A stretch of DNA of 64,000 bases from Nitrosopumilus sp. (GTDB lineage Archaea; Thermoproteota; Nitrososphaeria; Nitrososphaerales; Nitrosopumilaceae), in NCBI GenBank assembly GCA_965197525.1, contig OZ240211.1:1760001-1824000 (forward strand). Reading direction: 5' to 3'. This document shows, piece by piece, positions 1 to 9,390 of this stretch. The notes under the pieces were generated by a model. The model worked only from the letters and a program-made list of their open reading frames with translations, did not search any database and had not been told where the DNA came from. Numbering within the stretch: position 1 is the first letter of the stretch; each line of letters starts with the position of its first letter. Made by a program: the position numbers and the translations under genes.

Positions 1-173
1 TTTTCAGCCGATATGGTTTGATCAAAATTCATCTTATCTAGTTCCACAACTCCAAGTGGAATTTTGAATTTCTGTTTTTGTTTTAGCATCTCTGTTAGCT
101 TTTCTTGCATCAATCTTGCAATCTCTGGGTCCTCTCTATTTTCTTTAAAATTTTCATCCCAGTTAGTTGACAA
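1..173 (-). CDS. Thioredoxin, N-terminal part (runs off window start)
   Basis: Manual translation from TTG at 173: MSTNWDENFKENREDPEIARLMQEKLTEMLKQKQKFKIPLGVVELDKMNFDQTISAE, resembling the N-terminus of thaumarchaeal thioredoxins; the WCGPC motif would lie outside the window. Confidence 0.6.
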   Translation of the reverse strand, partial: MSTNWDENFKENREDPEIARLMQEKLTEMLKQKQKFKIPLGVVELDKMNFDQTISAE

Positions 174-221
174 CGCATATTTGAGATGCAGTCTATTAAA
201 AAAATCTATGCTGCTATTGTG

Positions 222-368
222 TTATTTGTCATCTGTATTTATTGGAACTTCTTCAAATCTTCTTGATTTACAGATTGGGCATTGATCAATATATTTTGTA
301 AAACTGACTGAGGTATATGCAATCCCACATTCACCGCAAATCCTGAGATTTTTACTCATCTTGCTCAT
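222..368 (-). CDS. Small zinc-ribbon protein (48 aa)
   Basis: Manual translation MSKMSKNLRICGECGIAYTSVSFTKYIDQCPICKSRRFEEVPINTDDK; CxxC...CxxC; below the ORF-track size cutoff. Confidence 0.65.
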   Translation of the reverse strand: MSKMSKNLRICGECGIAYTSVSFTKYIDQCPICKSRRFEEVPINTDDK

Positions 369-413
369 GCTATATACCCTCAAAATTTATTGGGATTAAA
401 ACTTTACAATGAG

Positions 414-3400
414 TTACCACCATTGCCATATCGATTTCTCCTCTTGTATATCAATAATTATGGTACATACTCCTTCAATCAGTTTTGTTCCTGGGCCGCA
501 GATTCCAATTTTTTTGCCAGTATCTGCTGAATTTGCTGTTGTTCCTGGCGTCTCTAACCCGACTGCCTGATAAATGGACTTGTACTCTGGGAAATTCTCA
601 TCAAACCACGCCTTGTAGGTTGGCTCGCTGTTATACCTGTCTACATAGGTCTGTGGGTCTATTGTTACATCTACAAACACTGCTAGCGGAACCGGCGTCT
701 CTAACCCGACTGCCTGATAAATGGACTTGTACTCTGGGAAATTCTCATCAAACCACGCCTTGTAGGTTGGCTCGCTGTTATACCTGTCTACATAGGTCTG
801 TGGGTCTATTGTTACATCTACAAACACTGCTAGCGGAACCGGCGTCTCTAACCCGACTGCCTGATAAATGGACTTGTACTCTGGGAAATTCTCATCAAAC
901 CACGCCTTGTAGGTTGGCTCGCTGTTATACCTGTCTACATAGGTCTGTGGGGCTGCGGTTTTATCGACAAATATTGCAATCCCCAACTCGTTTGATTTTG
1001 GTGATTGTGGTGATGGTGGCTGAGATGATGATGATGTTACTGACGATGATGACGATGTTGTTGTTGATGACACCTCTTCAACATCATTGACTGTAACTGT
1101 TACTGACTCTCTATCTATGAGATCATTTCTTTTTGCAACTATGTCAAATGTGTATGTTTCTCCTCCATTAGAGTCTCTTGGAGTCCATGAAAATACGCCT
1201 CCTCTTTCTGTGATTTCTGCGCCTGCTGGCACGTTCCCTTCCAGATTATATTTTACATTTTGTGTAACTGAATTAGATGATAATTTTACTGTGAATGATA
1301 ATCTTCTATCAGCATCTATCGTCTTTGTATTTATTGATATAATCTGTATAATTGGGAGTTTTGGCGTTACTGATGTTTCATTTGACGCCACGCTTGTTCC
1401 TATACTGTTTATAGCTGAGACTTTATATGTGTATTCTGTGTCTGCCGTACGTCCGGTATGAGTGTACTCTCTTGTAGTATTATCTGTATCCTCAACTAGT
1501 ATCCTGTAAGATCTATTGCCTTCTTTTATTTCAATCTTGTAACCTGTGATTGCAGAATTTCCATCGTTTGCTGGCAAACTCCATGTTAGTTTAATCTCAG
1601 TTGATGATGCTGCAGTAGCTGTTAATCTTGTAGGAGCTGATGGTTCTGTTGTTGGAGTTATAGTTACAGTTGTTGGTTTTACGTACGTATCTTCATCCGA
1701 ATCACTTCTAGGCGTTGCTGTTGCTTCATTTGATGACTGGGTTGTTCCGAATCCAACTTTTGCATTAACACTATACGTGTATGATGTATCAGTTGTTAGG
1801 CCTGTTATCACAAACGTTAGTGTGTTACTGTTGTTTGTCTCTCCCACCATATGCGTTTTTTCAGAAGAAAACACCCTTACAATTTCGTAACCATCTATTG
1901 TTTGCCCATATGTGTTGGATGGTGGAAGCCATGTTAGTCTTATCTCGGTAGGTGAGATTGCAGTGGCAGTTAAGGCGTTAGGTGTTTCTGTATCTGCTGG
2001 TTGTACTGCCTGTGTTGTTACTTTGTTGCTTTCCCCTTGAGAGTTAACTGAGTAGACGCGATATGTATACTTGGTATTTTCATCAAGTCCGTCATGGATG
2101 AATGACGTTGCAGCACTTTTAGTATTCTCTGTAATTGTTACATAATTTTCAGAACCTGTTTTGTATTCGATATAATATCCTGAGATTTTAGGAGTATTCT
2201 TAGCTTGTGTTGGCTCGTCCCATGTGAGTACTATCGCGGTTTTAGAAATTGGTAGTGCTTTTAGGTTGATTGGTTTTGCTGGCAGATTGGATGACGAAGA
2301 CGAAGATGATGACGACGAAGATGATGACGACGAAGATGACGAAGACGAGGATGATTCTCCTAAACTAAACACTTGAATCCTATCATTGTTTGAATCTGCT
2401 ACAAACAGTTTTTCATTTTCTGGATCTAATGCAATTCCAGTTGGAGTATTAAATCTCCCATCTCCCGTTCCAGTTCTTCCAAACTCTTCTACAAAGCAGA
2501 CTCCGTTGATTATCTCATCAGTTCCAGTTGGACAAGTATTGCCATTGATCATTTCAAATATTTGAATCCTGTCATTAGCTGAATCTGCAACATACAATAA
2601 ATTACTAGTAGAATCAAATGCTAATCCTCGTGGCACGTCAAATTCCCCTATATCGTCACCTCTATCTCCAAAAGCATCTACAAAGCAGACTCCGCTAACC
2701 ACTTCTTCAGTATCGCTTGGACATGACCCCCTTACCAATTCAAATATGACAATTCTGTTGTTTCCTGTATCTGAGACGTATAATCTATCCTCTGTGCTAT
2801 CAATTATCATATTTGTTGGTCCATCAAGTCTGTCTCTATCGAATCGCTTTACTTCAACTTCACTTTGAAATTCTCCATCTCTATCTTCATCAAATATTGA
2901 TATAGTGTCTTTCTCGCTGTCTGATACTAGAATTTTATCCGGGCTTGAATTGTACCATACAATTCCACTTGCTGAATCAAAATATCCATCATCTCCGTTA
3001 TTTGAACCCCACTTTGCATCAAATCTCCAGCTACGCTCATCAAATTTTTGAATTCTGTCATTCCCTGAATCTACAACAAAAAATGCGCGTGAGTTATCTC
3101 TTGTGATGCTAATTGGGTTGTTAAACTCTCCATCTCCGTTCTCTTTTGCTCTGGGAGCATCAGTACTGCAGTCATCGGGATTACTCTCAATCTCACAAAG
3201 CTTTCCATAATTGGCCTCGTGTTGTCCTTCATTGTTAAATACACTAATTCTATGATTATTTCTATCTACTACATAGATCTTTTCTCCGTCTTTATCTAAT
3301 ATTACATCTACAGGATAGTCCAATGAATCTCTTCTTTCAGTTGTGCTAAATTCTAGCAGAAATTCTGGCTCTGCATATGCAAATTGTATGAATAATGTTA

Positions 3401-3443
3401 TACAAAATATGAATATAACACCGCCAATTATTTTATTTTCCAA
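414..3443 (-). CDS. Secreted surface protein: NHL beta-propeller, poly-Ser linker, FN3 domains, cadherin/Ig-like domain, 3 PQxYVDRY repeats
   Basis: Signal peptide; NHL motifs (YVSDTGNNRI, FNTPTGIALD); ~25-Ser tract; FN3 motifs (WxxP...Y.YRVYSVN); three 47-aa tandem repeats; C-terminal CGPGT...C motif. Confidence 0.85.
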   Translation of the reverse strand: MENKIIGGVIFIFCITLFIQFAYAEPEFLLEFSTTERRDSLDYPVDVILDKDGEKIYVVDRNNHRISVFNNEGQHEANYGKLCEIESNPDDCSTDAPRAKENGDGEFNNPISITRDNSRAFFVVDSGNDRIQKFDERSWRFDAKWGSNNGDDGYFDSASGIVWYNSSPDKILVSDSEKDTISIFDEDRDGEFQSEVEVKRFDRDRLDGPTNMIIDSTEDRLYVSDTGNNRIVIFELVRGSCPSDTEEVVSGVCFVDAFGDRGDDIGEFDVPRGLAFDSTSNLLYVADSANDRIQIFEMINGNTCPTGTDEIINGVCFVEEFGRTGTGDGRFNTPTGIALDPENEKLFVADSNNDRIQVFSLGESSSSSSSSSSSSSSSSSSSSSSNLPAKPINLKALPISKTAIVLTWDEPTQAKNTPKISGYYIEYKTGSENYVTITENTKSAATSFIHDGLDENTKYTYRVYSVNSQGESNKVTTQAVQPADTETPNALTATAISPTEIRLTWLPPSNTYGQTIDGYEIVRVFSSEKTHMVGETNNSNTLTFVITGLTTDTSYTYSVNAKVGFGTTQSSNEATATPRSDSDEDTYVKPTTVTITPTTEPSAPTRLTATAASSTEIKLTWSLPANDGNSAITGYKIEIKEGNRSYRILVEDTDNTTREYTHTGRTADTEYTYKVSAINSIGTSVASNETSVTPKLPIIQIISINTKTIDADRRLSFTVKLSSNSVTQNVKYNLEGNVPAGAEITERGGVFSWTPRDSNGGETYTFDIVAKRNDLIDRESVTVTVNDVEEVSSTTTSSSSSVTSSSSQPPSPQSPKSNELGIAIFVDKTAAPQTYVDRYNSEPTYKAWFDENFPEYKSIYQAVGLETPVPLAVFVDVTIDPQTYVDRYNSEPTYKAWFDENFPEYKSIYQAVGLETPVPLAVFVDVTIDPQTYVDRYNSEPTYKAWFDENFPEYKSIYQAVGLETPGTTANSADTGKKIGICGPGTKLIEGVCTIIIDIQEEKSIWQWW
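560..985 (-). repeat. Intragenic tandem repeat, about 141 bp x3
   Basis: Near-identical blocks encoding FVDVTIDPQTYVDRYNSEPTYKAWFDENFPEYKSIYQAVGLETP; boundaries approximate. Confidence 0.85.
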
Positions 3444-3534
3444 TTAACTAGTTTGTTTTTTAAATCTAATAAACAAAATAGTAAATATCATTGTCCATTT
3501 GATTAATTGTACTTTACAATATTTTATGATTTTA

Positions 3535-5439
3535 TTACATCTTGATGTATTTTTTGGCCTTGAAGATTATAACTGCAGGTGCTGCTATATACATTCCAAC
3601 ATTCATTAGGATTACTCCGATTCCGTATCCTAATACCTCTGTTTCAGATTCTGCATGTGACATTATGGCCAATGATGACAATAGTGGAGTTATTGTTACT
3701 TTTATCATCTCTTTGAATACCGGGTTTGCTCTTTCCATATCTGCAATTGTTGGTGAGAATGAATAGTACAATTGATTAAAACCAGTCATAAATAATGTTC
3801 CTGAATCTGTATCCATTAACTGATTGTCTCTAATCTCTCTGAGAAGTTGAACTTGTGGTGCTAACTCTGAACCGTATGCGGCAGTTGCAATTAGACAACC
3901 CCCGCTTTTAGGTTGTTCTACAATCAGACAATATCCATCAACAAGGTCTGTCCCTTCTCCACATTCTCCAATCTCTAGTTCTCCGGCTCCATCCTTTGCA
4001 GTCATCGCTGCGGGGTCTTCTAATCCCACTGCTTCATAAATTGATTCATACTCTGGATAATTCTCATCAAACCATTCTTTGTATGCCGGTTCACTGTTAT
4101 ATCTATCCACATAACTCTGTGGATCTACTGCCTCATCTACAAACGCCGCTAATGGAACTGGTGTTTTTAACCCTACTGCTTCATAAATTGATTCATACTC
4201 TGGAAAGTTCTCATCAAACCACTCTTTGTATGCAGGCTCGCTGTTATATCTATCCACATAACTCTGTGGATCTACTGCCTCATCTACAAACACTGCTACC
4301 GGAGCTGATGGTTCGACTTCTGCTACCGGAGCTGATGGTTCGACTTTTGCTACTGGAGACGGTGTTTCTAACCCTACTGCTTCATAAATTGATTCATACT
4401 CTGGAAAGTTCTCATCAAACCACTCTTTGTATGCAGGCTCACTGTTATATCTATCCACATAACTCTGTGGATCTACTGCCTCATCTACAAACACTGCTAC
4501 TGAGGCTGCTGCTCTGACTTCTGCTACTGGAGTTGGTGTTTCTAACCCCACTGCCTCATAAATTGATTCATACTCTGGATAATTCTCATCAAACCATTCT
4601 TTGTATGCCGGTTCACTGTTATATCTATCCACATAGCTCTGCGGATCTGCCGTCTTGTCAACAAATGCTGCAACACCTAATTCTCTTGGTTTTTGCGGTT
4701 CTGTTGACTCGACTGGTTTTTGCCTCTCTTCTACTGGTTCAACTTGTCCCTGATTAACCGTTACTTGAATAGTCTCTCTATCCTCAACAGGTCCTACATT
4801 TACAACTATGTCAAATATGTGTCCGCCTACTTGTGAACTAGTTGGAGTCCAAGAAAACACTCCTGTATTGCTGTTAATTGTTGCACCTTTTGGCTCGTTA
4901 ACTAAACTATATGTCTCACTGATCTCTGACTCTGTTATGCTTGCTGTAAACGTTAGTCTTTCTGTTGCATCTATCTGCTTGCTTCCAATTGGTTCTAAGA
5001 TCACATCAAAATTTCCTAGTGTTGTAAGTTTCTTGCCATCATTTATTACTTCAATGATTATGGCGTCATCTTTTTGTGATGTGAACACGTCAATTGTATA
5101 TGTACCCTTGTCATCAAAATATTCAGATGCTGTTAGAAGTATTGAAAATTTTTTACTATCATCGGTTTGTACTCGTTTTTGTTCAGGCGCTTTGATGCCG
5201 GGGCCATCAATAAATACATTAACCCATACTCTATCTTCCTCTGTAACTGTTCCTGAAACAGTGAAACTGCCGTCAATTAAAAACACATCTTTGTCAATCT
5301 CTGCATGACTAACTACTGCAAAAGCTGGAACATTTATCATGATTCCCAACCCCATTATAATTACCAAAGAACAAACTGTAATGGTTGTTATTTTTCTACC
5401 CACAATGATTTCTTGCGAGCTGAGACTTTTAAAAAACAC
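3535..5439 (-). CDS. CFI-box-CTERM surface protein with cadherin/Ig-like domain and 4 PQSYVDRY repeats
   Basis: C-terminal GGCLIATAAYGSELAPQVQLLRE..RD CFI-box plus TM helix; four copies of DPQSYVDRYNSEPAYKEWFDEN(F/Y)PEYESIYEAVGL. Confidence 0.88.
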   Translation of the reverse strand: MFFKSLSSQEIIVGRKITTITVCSLVIIMGLGIMINVPAFAVVSHAEIDKDVFLIDGSFTVSGTVTEEDRVWVNVFIDGPGIKAPEQKRVQTDDSKKFSILLTASEYFDDKGTYTIDVFTSQKDDAIIIEVINDGKKLTTLGNFDVILEPIGSKQIDATERLTFTASITESEISETYSLVNEPKGATINSNTGVFSWTPTSSQVGGHIFDIVVNVGPVEDRETIQVTVNQGQVEPVEERQKPVESTEPQKPRELGVAAFVDKTADPQSYVDRYNSEPAYKEWFDENYPEYESIYEAVGLETPTPVAEVRAAASVAVFVDEAVDPQSYVDRYNSEPAYKEWFDENFPEYESIYEAVGLETPSPVAKVEPSAPVAEVEPSAPVAVFVDEAVDPQSYVDRYNSEPAYKEWFDENFPEYESIYEAVGLKTPVPLAAFVDEAVDPQSYVDRYNSEPAYKEWFDENYPEYESIYEAVGLEDPAAMTAKDGAGELEIGECGEGTDLVDGYCLIVEQPKSGGCLIATAAYGSELAPQVQLLREIRDNQLMDTDSGTLFMTGFNQLYYSFSPTIADMERANPVFKEMIKVTITPLLSSLAIMSHAESETEVLGYGIGVILMNVGMYIAAPAVIIFKAKKYIKM

Positions 5440-5482
5440 GTATAATTTTTTCTATTAGTTTGCTAATAAATATTCACAAACT

Positions 5483-5905
5483 CTACAGATCCAGCAAAAA
5501 TCTCATGTATACTTTTGCTTTATCTTGTTTTATCTCCATATCATAAAATGTAGGAGCTTTGATCTCTACCTTGAAATTATGTTTTTTAATGTCAAGTGGT
5601 TCTCCAAATGCTTTTGCATTGATTTGATAACCTTTTGTATTATTTTGAATATCACACTCTATCCTCTTTATTGCAAATCCTCTGGTAATTAGAATAAATG
5701 GTATCTCTTCGAGCCAGCTGAACAAAAGATATCGCAGATCTTTTCCATTAGCAGAAAACTCTATCTGATCCTTCTCTTCTACCGTATCTTTATCTAATGT
5801 GATGTTAATTTCTGCGTCAGCTGCAACTAAAAACGCTTCTTTGAGATCTTTTGCCGTGATCTCTACTATGGCATCAGTTGCATGATCTAAAAACTTGTAA
5901 CTCAT
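5483..5905 (-). CDS. Archease
   Basis: N-terminal YKFLDHATD and C-terminal EIKAPTFYDM...FLLDL motifs. Confidence 0.92.
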   Translation of the reverse strand: MSYKFLDHATDAIVEITAKDLKEAFLVAADAEINITLDKDTVEEKDQIEFSANGKDLRYLLFSWLEEIPFILITRGFAIKRIECDIQNNTKGYQINAKAFGEPLDIKKHNFKVEIKAPTFYDMEIKQDKAKVYMRFLLDL

Positions 5906-5944
5906 CTAAATATTGCCATCATTTGATTAATGTAAATGGTTCTT

Positions 5945-6310
5945 TTACTGCGCTTTCTCATCTGTCTCGATAATACCAAACATGTTTCCTTCTGTGTCTG
6001 CACATTGGGCATACCATCCTACTTTTGGAATTGGTACTTTTGGAACAATTATTTCTCCACCTTGAGCAATAATTTTCTTTGAAAATTCATCAACTGATGA
6101 AACAGAGATGGTGGTGGTTATTCCTAGATGTCCCGGAGTTCTGTTTGTTAACCCTCCGTCAATTCCAGGTTCTTTGTCTCCAGTCTTTATCATCCAGTAA
6201 TTTGTAGGTCCGTCCCATTTTGTAAACTCCCAATCAAAGACTTTGCTGTAGAATTTTTGTGTTCGTTGTATATCATCAGATGGAATCTGAAAATGTGTTA
6301 TTCTTGGCAA
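5945..6310 (-). CDS. VOC/glyoxalase family protein
   Basis: ITHFQIPSDD...FYSKVFDW; GWYAQCADTEGNMFGI. Confidence 0.9.
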   Translation of the reverse strand: MPRITHFQIPSDDIQRTQKFYSKVFDWEFTKWDGPTNYWMIKTGDKEPGIDGGLTNRTPGHLGITTTISVSSVDEFSKKIIAQGGEIIVPKVPIPKVGWYAQCADTEGNMFGIIETDEKAQ

Positions 6311-6469
6311 TATCTGTTTTATCTACATTGATTATTTAAAAGTACAATATACGGTTGTACGTTTTGTTATTTTCACTTTTGATAAAGCAATTTAATTTAC
6401 GGGGCACTGTGTTCTAAATCAATCCACCTGTAAGATCATCTGCTGGTATCTTTGTGAACATTTTTAGTC

Positions 6470-7126
6470 TCACTGTGTTGATAGCGCAGCGCTTCCAAAC
6501 AATACACTAAATGGTTCACACCACACTAAAACTTTGTTGTATTTGTCTAGATCAGTACCGTCCGGAATCACGTAGTTCTGATTTCCTTGATTTGCCTTGA
6601 GTTTCCCTAGACTAATGTAATCTGTTGCTCTGGTATCTGTTGAAAGGTATAGATACAAACCGGGACCGTTGGTAGATCTAAACTCTTCTAATCTTAGTAC
6701 ACTGCTCCCGTCTTCTAATGGTATTGTGTATACAGTTCCTTCTGCATTATGAATTCCGTCATTAACTCCAACAAAGTCGCCTACATATGATCTTACCGTC
6801 ATCTCAAATTCACTTGATGGATCAGTTATCATCTGATCTGCCATTGTATCACTCATTACTGACTCATCACCCTCCATCATCATCTCCTCATCACCCTCCA
6901 TCATCATCTCCTCATCACCCTCCATCATCATCTCCTCATCACCCTCCATCATCATCTCCTCATCACCCATCATGGCATCATCGGTTTTTGACTCAATAAT
7001 GGCACCTTCTGGTATTGCCTCATCAATAGTTGATTCTGTAAAATATGGTGATACTGCATACACTGTAATTCCTCCAATAATTATAATTGCTATAATTGCA
7101 ATAGGTAATCCCTTACTCATAATCAC
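6470..7126 (-). CDS. DM13 domain membrane-anchored protein with Met/acidic repeats
   Basis: N-terminal TM helix; (EEMMMEGD)x4; DM13 motifs NGPGLYLYLS, LGKLKANQGNQNY, VLVWCEPFSVLFGSA. Confidence 0.88.
   Translation of the reverse strand: MIMSKGLPIAIIAIIIIGGITVYAVSPYFTESTIDEAIPEGAIIESKTDDAMMGDEEMMMEGDEEMMMEGDEEMMMEGDEEMMMEGDESVMSDTMADQMITDPSSEFEMTVRSYVGDFVGVNDGIHNAEGTVYTIPLEDGSSVLRLEEFRSTNGPGLYLYLSTDTRATDYISLGKLKANQGNQNYVIPDGTDLDKYNKVLVWCEPFSVLFGSAALSTQ
6868..6975 (-). repeat. 24-bp tandem repeat x about 4 (EEMMMEGD)
   Basis: catcaccctccatcatcatctcct units seen directly. Confidence 0.85.
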
Positions 7127-7316
7127 AATTTGTAATATTACTATAAAACCTGTTCTCCAATTTTGACTCTAATTCCGTATGTGGTATATGTGCAGTTTTA
7201 CCTTTTTATGTCAAAATAATGCCTCAATAATTTCTAGATTCGTAGAGCCTACAATCCTTCATAGTCATTATAATTACTCGTAAGGTAATTTAATAAGATC
7301 TTCTTGTCTGAATTAA

Positions 7317-7865
7317 TTGGAATTCTTTGATTCTCTTCTAGTATGGATTGCAGATCTGCTAGGCTCCCACTTGTATGAGGGTATATTTCTTGCAGCCTTG
7401 CTTGAAACAGTCGTTACACCTATTCCGACTCTGGCAGTATTTCCTGCAGCTGGCTTTCTAGCATCTCAACAGGGGATCACTTTGCTTGGCGTCATACCTA
7501 TGATTATACTTGCTGCTACGGGTGCCACTATTGGAACTTCCATAAGTTATATCATTGCGTTAAAATTTGGACGACTTGTTTTACTACGTTATCTAAAATA
7601 TATCAAAGTATCTGAAAAAAAATTGGAACGAGTTGAGATTTGGTTTGCGAAATATGGTGATAAAGCAGTATTTTTAGGAAGGATGGTCCCATTAGTGAGA
7701 GAATTAATTTCGATTCCTGCCGGTCTATTAAAAATGAGATTCTTAAAATTTTTAATATACACTTTTGCAGGATCCTGTATTTGGTCTAGTATTACTATTT
7801 TATCCGGATATTATTTTGGTGAAGTACTGGGACTTGGCATGGAAATATCTAATACACTGACATAG
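7317..7865 (+). CDS. DedA family membrane protein
   Basis: LETVVTPIPT, F.KYGDKAVFLGRMVPLVRELISIPAGLLKM. Confidence 0.9.
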   Translation: MEFFDSLLVWIADLLGSHLYEGIFLAALLETVVTPIPTLAVFPAAGFLASQQGITLLGVIPMIILAATGATIGTSISYIIALKFGRLVLLRYLKYIKVSEKKLERVEIWFAKYGDKAVFLGRMVPLVRELISIPAGLLKMRFLKFLIYTFAGSCIWSSITILSGYYFGEVLGLGMEISNTLT

Positions 7866-7879
7866 ACATAGGAGCCTTG

Positions 7880-8315
7880 TTTTTGTGTGCGGAATCCCGG
7901 TACCTTTGGAGTAAAGTTATGACGACGCAATGTGTCATGTATTCCAGATTCGGTGTATTTTACTCCTGAATCTTTTTTTATTTTATGTACAAGCTGCTTT
8001 GGGAAAATACTGTTTTTGACACCTACAAAAAAATTCTCTAATCTTGTGATTTACTATTTTTGTCGGGCGTCTGGATCTTGGTTTTTCATACAATCCTGCA
8101 AATTCAAATTCTTTAAATCACACAACTCCATTTTTAATTGCGTTGTAAGATTTGTAAAACATCTGTGCGATTGTTGAAATCGTTTTATCTTTCTTTACGA
8201 CATTTAACATTGCAAGCATCCGTTCTTTTGCTTTTGGGTTTAATTCCTTCTCGTATACATACATTAATTCCACATTCTGGTTTTCCATGATGGGCGATAA
8301 ATGTTTCAAGCTATA
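7880..8315 (-). pseudogene. IS630-family transposase remnant (N-terminal HTH part)
   Basis: MENQNVELMYVYEKELNPKAKERMLAMLNV...GVV*FKEFEFAGLYEKPRSRRP...GIHDTLRRHNFTPKVP with an in-frame stop; left end TATAGCT matches the end of the IS630 at 43690. Confidence 0.75.
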
Positions 8316-8631
8316 AATGTTTCTAGTGTTTTTGAAAATTGCAAAGACTTTTTGACTCCACTCTATGGAAAACGCCTCCCAACCTACAATTCACATCTGC
8401 ACGTTTTTTTGCCTCCTATGGGAGTCGTATGTGACACACTATACTGTTCTGACATTCAGATGGCGTATGATCGTATAGAATGATCTTCGTCTTAGTTTTA
8501 AACGTGTGATCTGCCAGATTCTCCATCTTACAGGTGTCTAAATTTCATCTACTTCTGAACTAACTGGAGAGGGTGTGAACTTTTTGTACAAGATAGAACT
8601 AAAACACGTGGCAAAATGACTGCCGAGATGT

Positions 8632-8886
8632 TTATCCATAGATGCGTCTTCTGTGGTCAACTTCTACCACAAAAATTATCATCTTTCCTTGCTGTAAATC
8701 CATAATGACCCTGTAACTTCCGACCCGCATTCTAAAAAATGCAGAATCTGCCAGCTTTCTTACGGCAGTAAACGGGTTGTCTGTTATTTCAAGAACACCT
8801 TCTCTTACCATTCGGGCCTGTTTTTTGTCTAATTTTTTTAGCTGCTTTACTGATCTCAAAGACCACAAGACATCCCAAGCCATCAT
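8632..8886 (-). CDS. RelE/ParE-family type II toxin
   Basis: 84 aa; FRMRVGSYRVI...IFVVEVDHRRRIY. Confidence 0.88.
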   Translation of the reverse strand: MMAWDVLWSLRSVKQLKKLDKKQARMVREGVLEITDNPFTAVRKLADSAFFRMRVGSYRVIMDLQQGKMIIFVVEVDHRRRIYG

Positions 8887-9116
8887 TATAGTCCTAGTTC
8901 TTTGTTTAGATGTGCAGTAGTATACACCCTGCCTGCCTTGATGTCTTTTATCCCATCTTCGATGTTTTTTATCGTCTTAGGGGAGAGATCATCATCATAA
9001 TCTCTTTTTTCTACCAGTCTTTGAATTATTTGATCAAATGTCTCATTTGGGTATATCTTTTGTTTTTCCAGGGCATCTTTTGTTCTTTTATTTAGCTGGA
9101 TTGTAGTTCTTACCAT
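8886..9116 (-). CDS. Antitoxin (archaeal RHH-like)
   Basis: TTIQLNKRTKDALEKQKIYPNETFDQII...IKAGRVYT; 1-bp overlap with the toxin gene. Confidence 0.8.
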   Translation of the reverse strand: MVRTTIQLNKRTKDALEKQKIYPNETFDQIIQRLVEKRDYDDDLSPKTIKNIEDGIKDIKAGRVYTTAHLNKELGL

Positions 9117-9140
9117 GTTATACTATGGTATGCCATGGTA
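9111..9140. promoter_or_regulatory. Putative antitoxin operator: three tandem 10-bp near-palindromes
   Basis: TACCATGTTA-TACTATGGTA-TGCCATGGTA (consensus palindrome TACCATGGTA), overlapping the antitoxin start codon. Confidence 0.65.
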
Positions 9141-9390
9141 TAAAAATCATATGAGCGACTTCGTCTGTTGCATAATCATGCCTAAAACCTGACTGGTCTC
9201 ATCAATTTTTGCCATCAGGATCAGGTGCTGTACCACCAAAAGGCACTTGGATCAAGCACGCATTATGCCTATTGATGGTCTTAAAATATCATGTACAGAA
9301 ACTTGTGCACGTTGCTATATCCAACGATTTGTGTGTTCTATGATCCGGTATAGAAATATCTAAATCACTACTCATCTGATATTAGTCATC

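Noticed and set aside
485-5308. Plus-strand ORFs opposite the two surface-protein genes
   Set aside because: Antisense shadows of the repeats; no independent starts or motifs.
6425-8536. 12-bp inverted match CACCTGTAAGAT (6425-6436 / 8525-8536) as ends of a composite element
   Set aside because: Too short, does not extend, no TSD, and the enclosed genes are ordinary.
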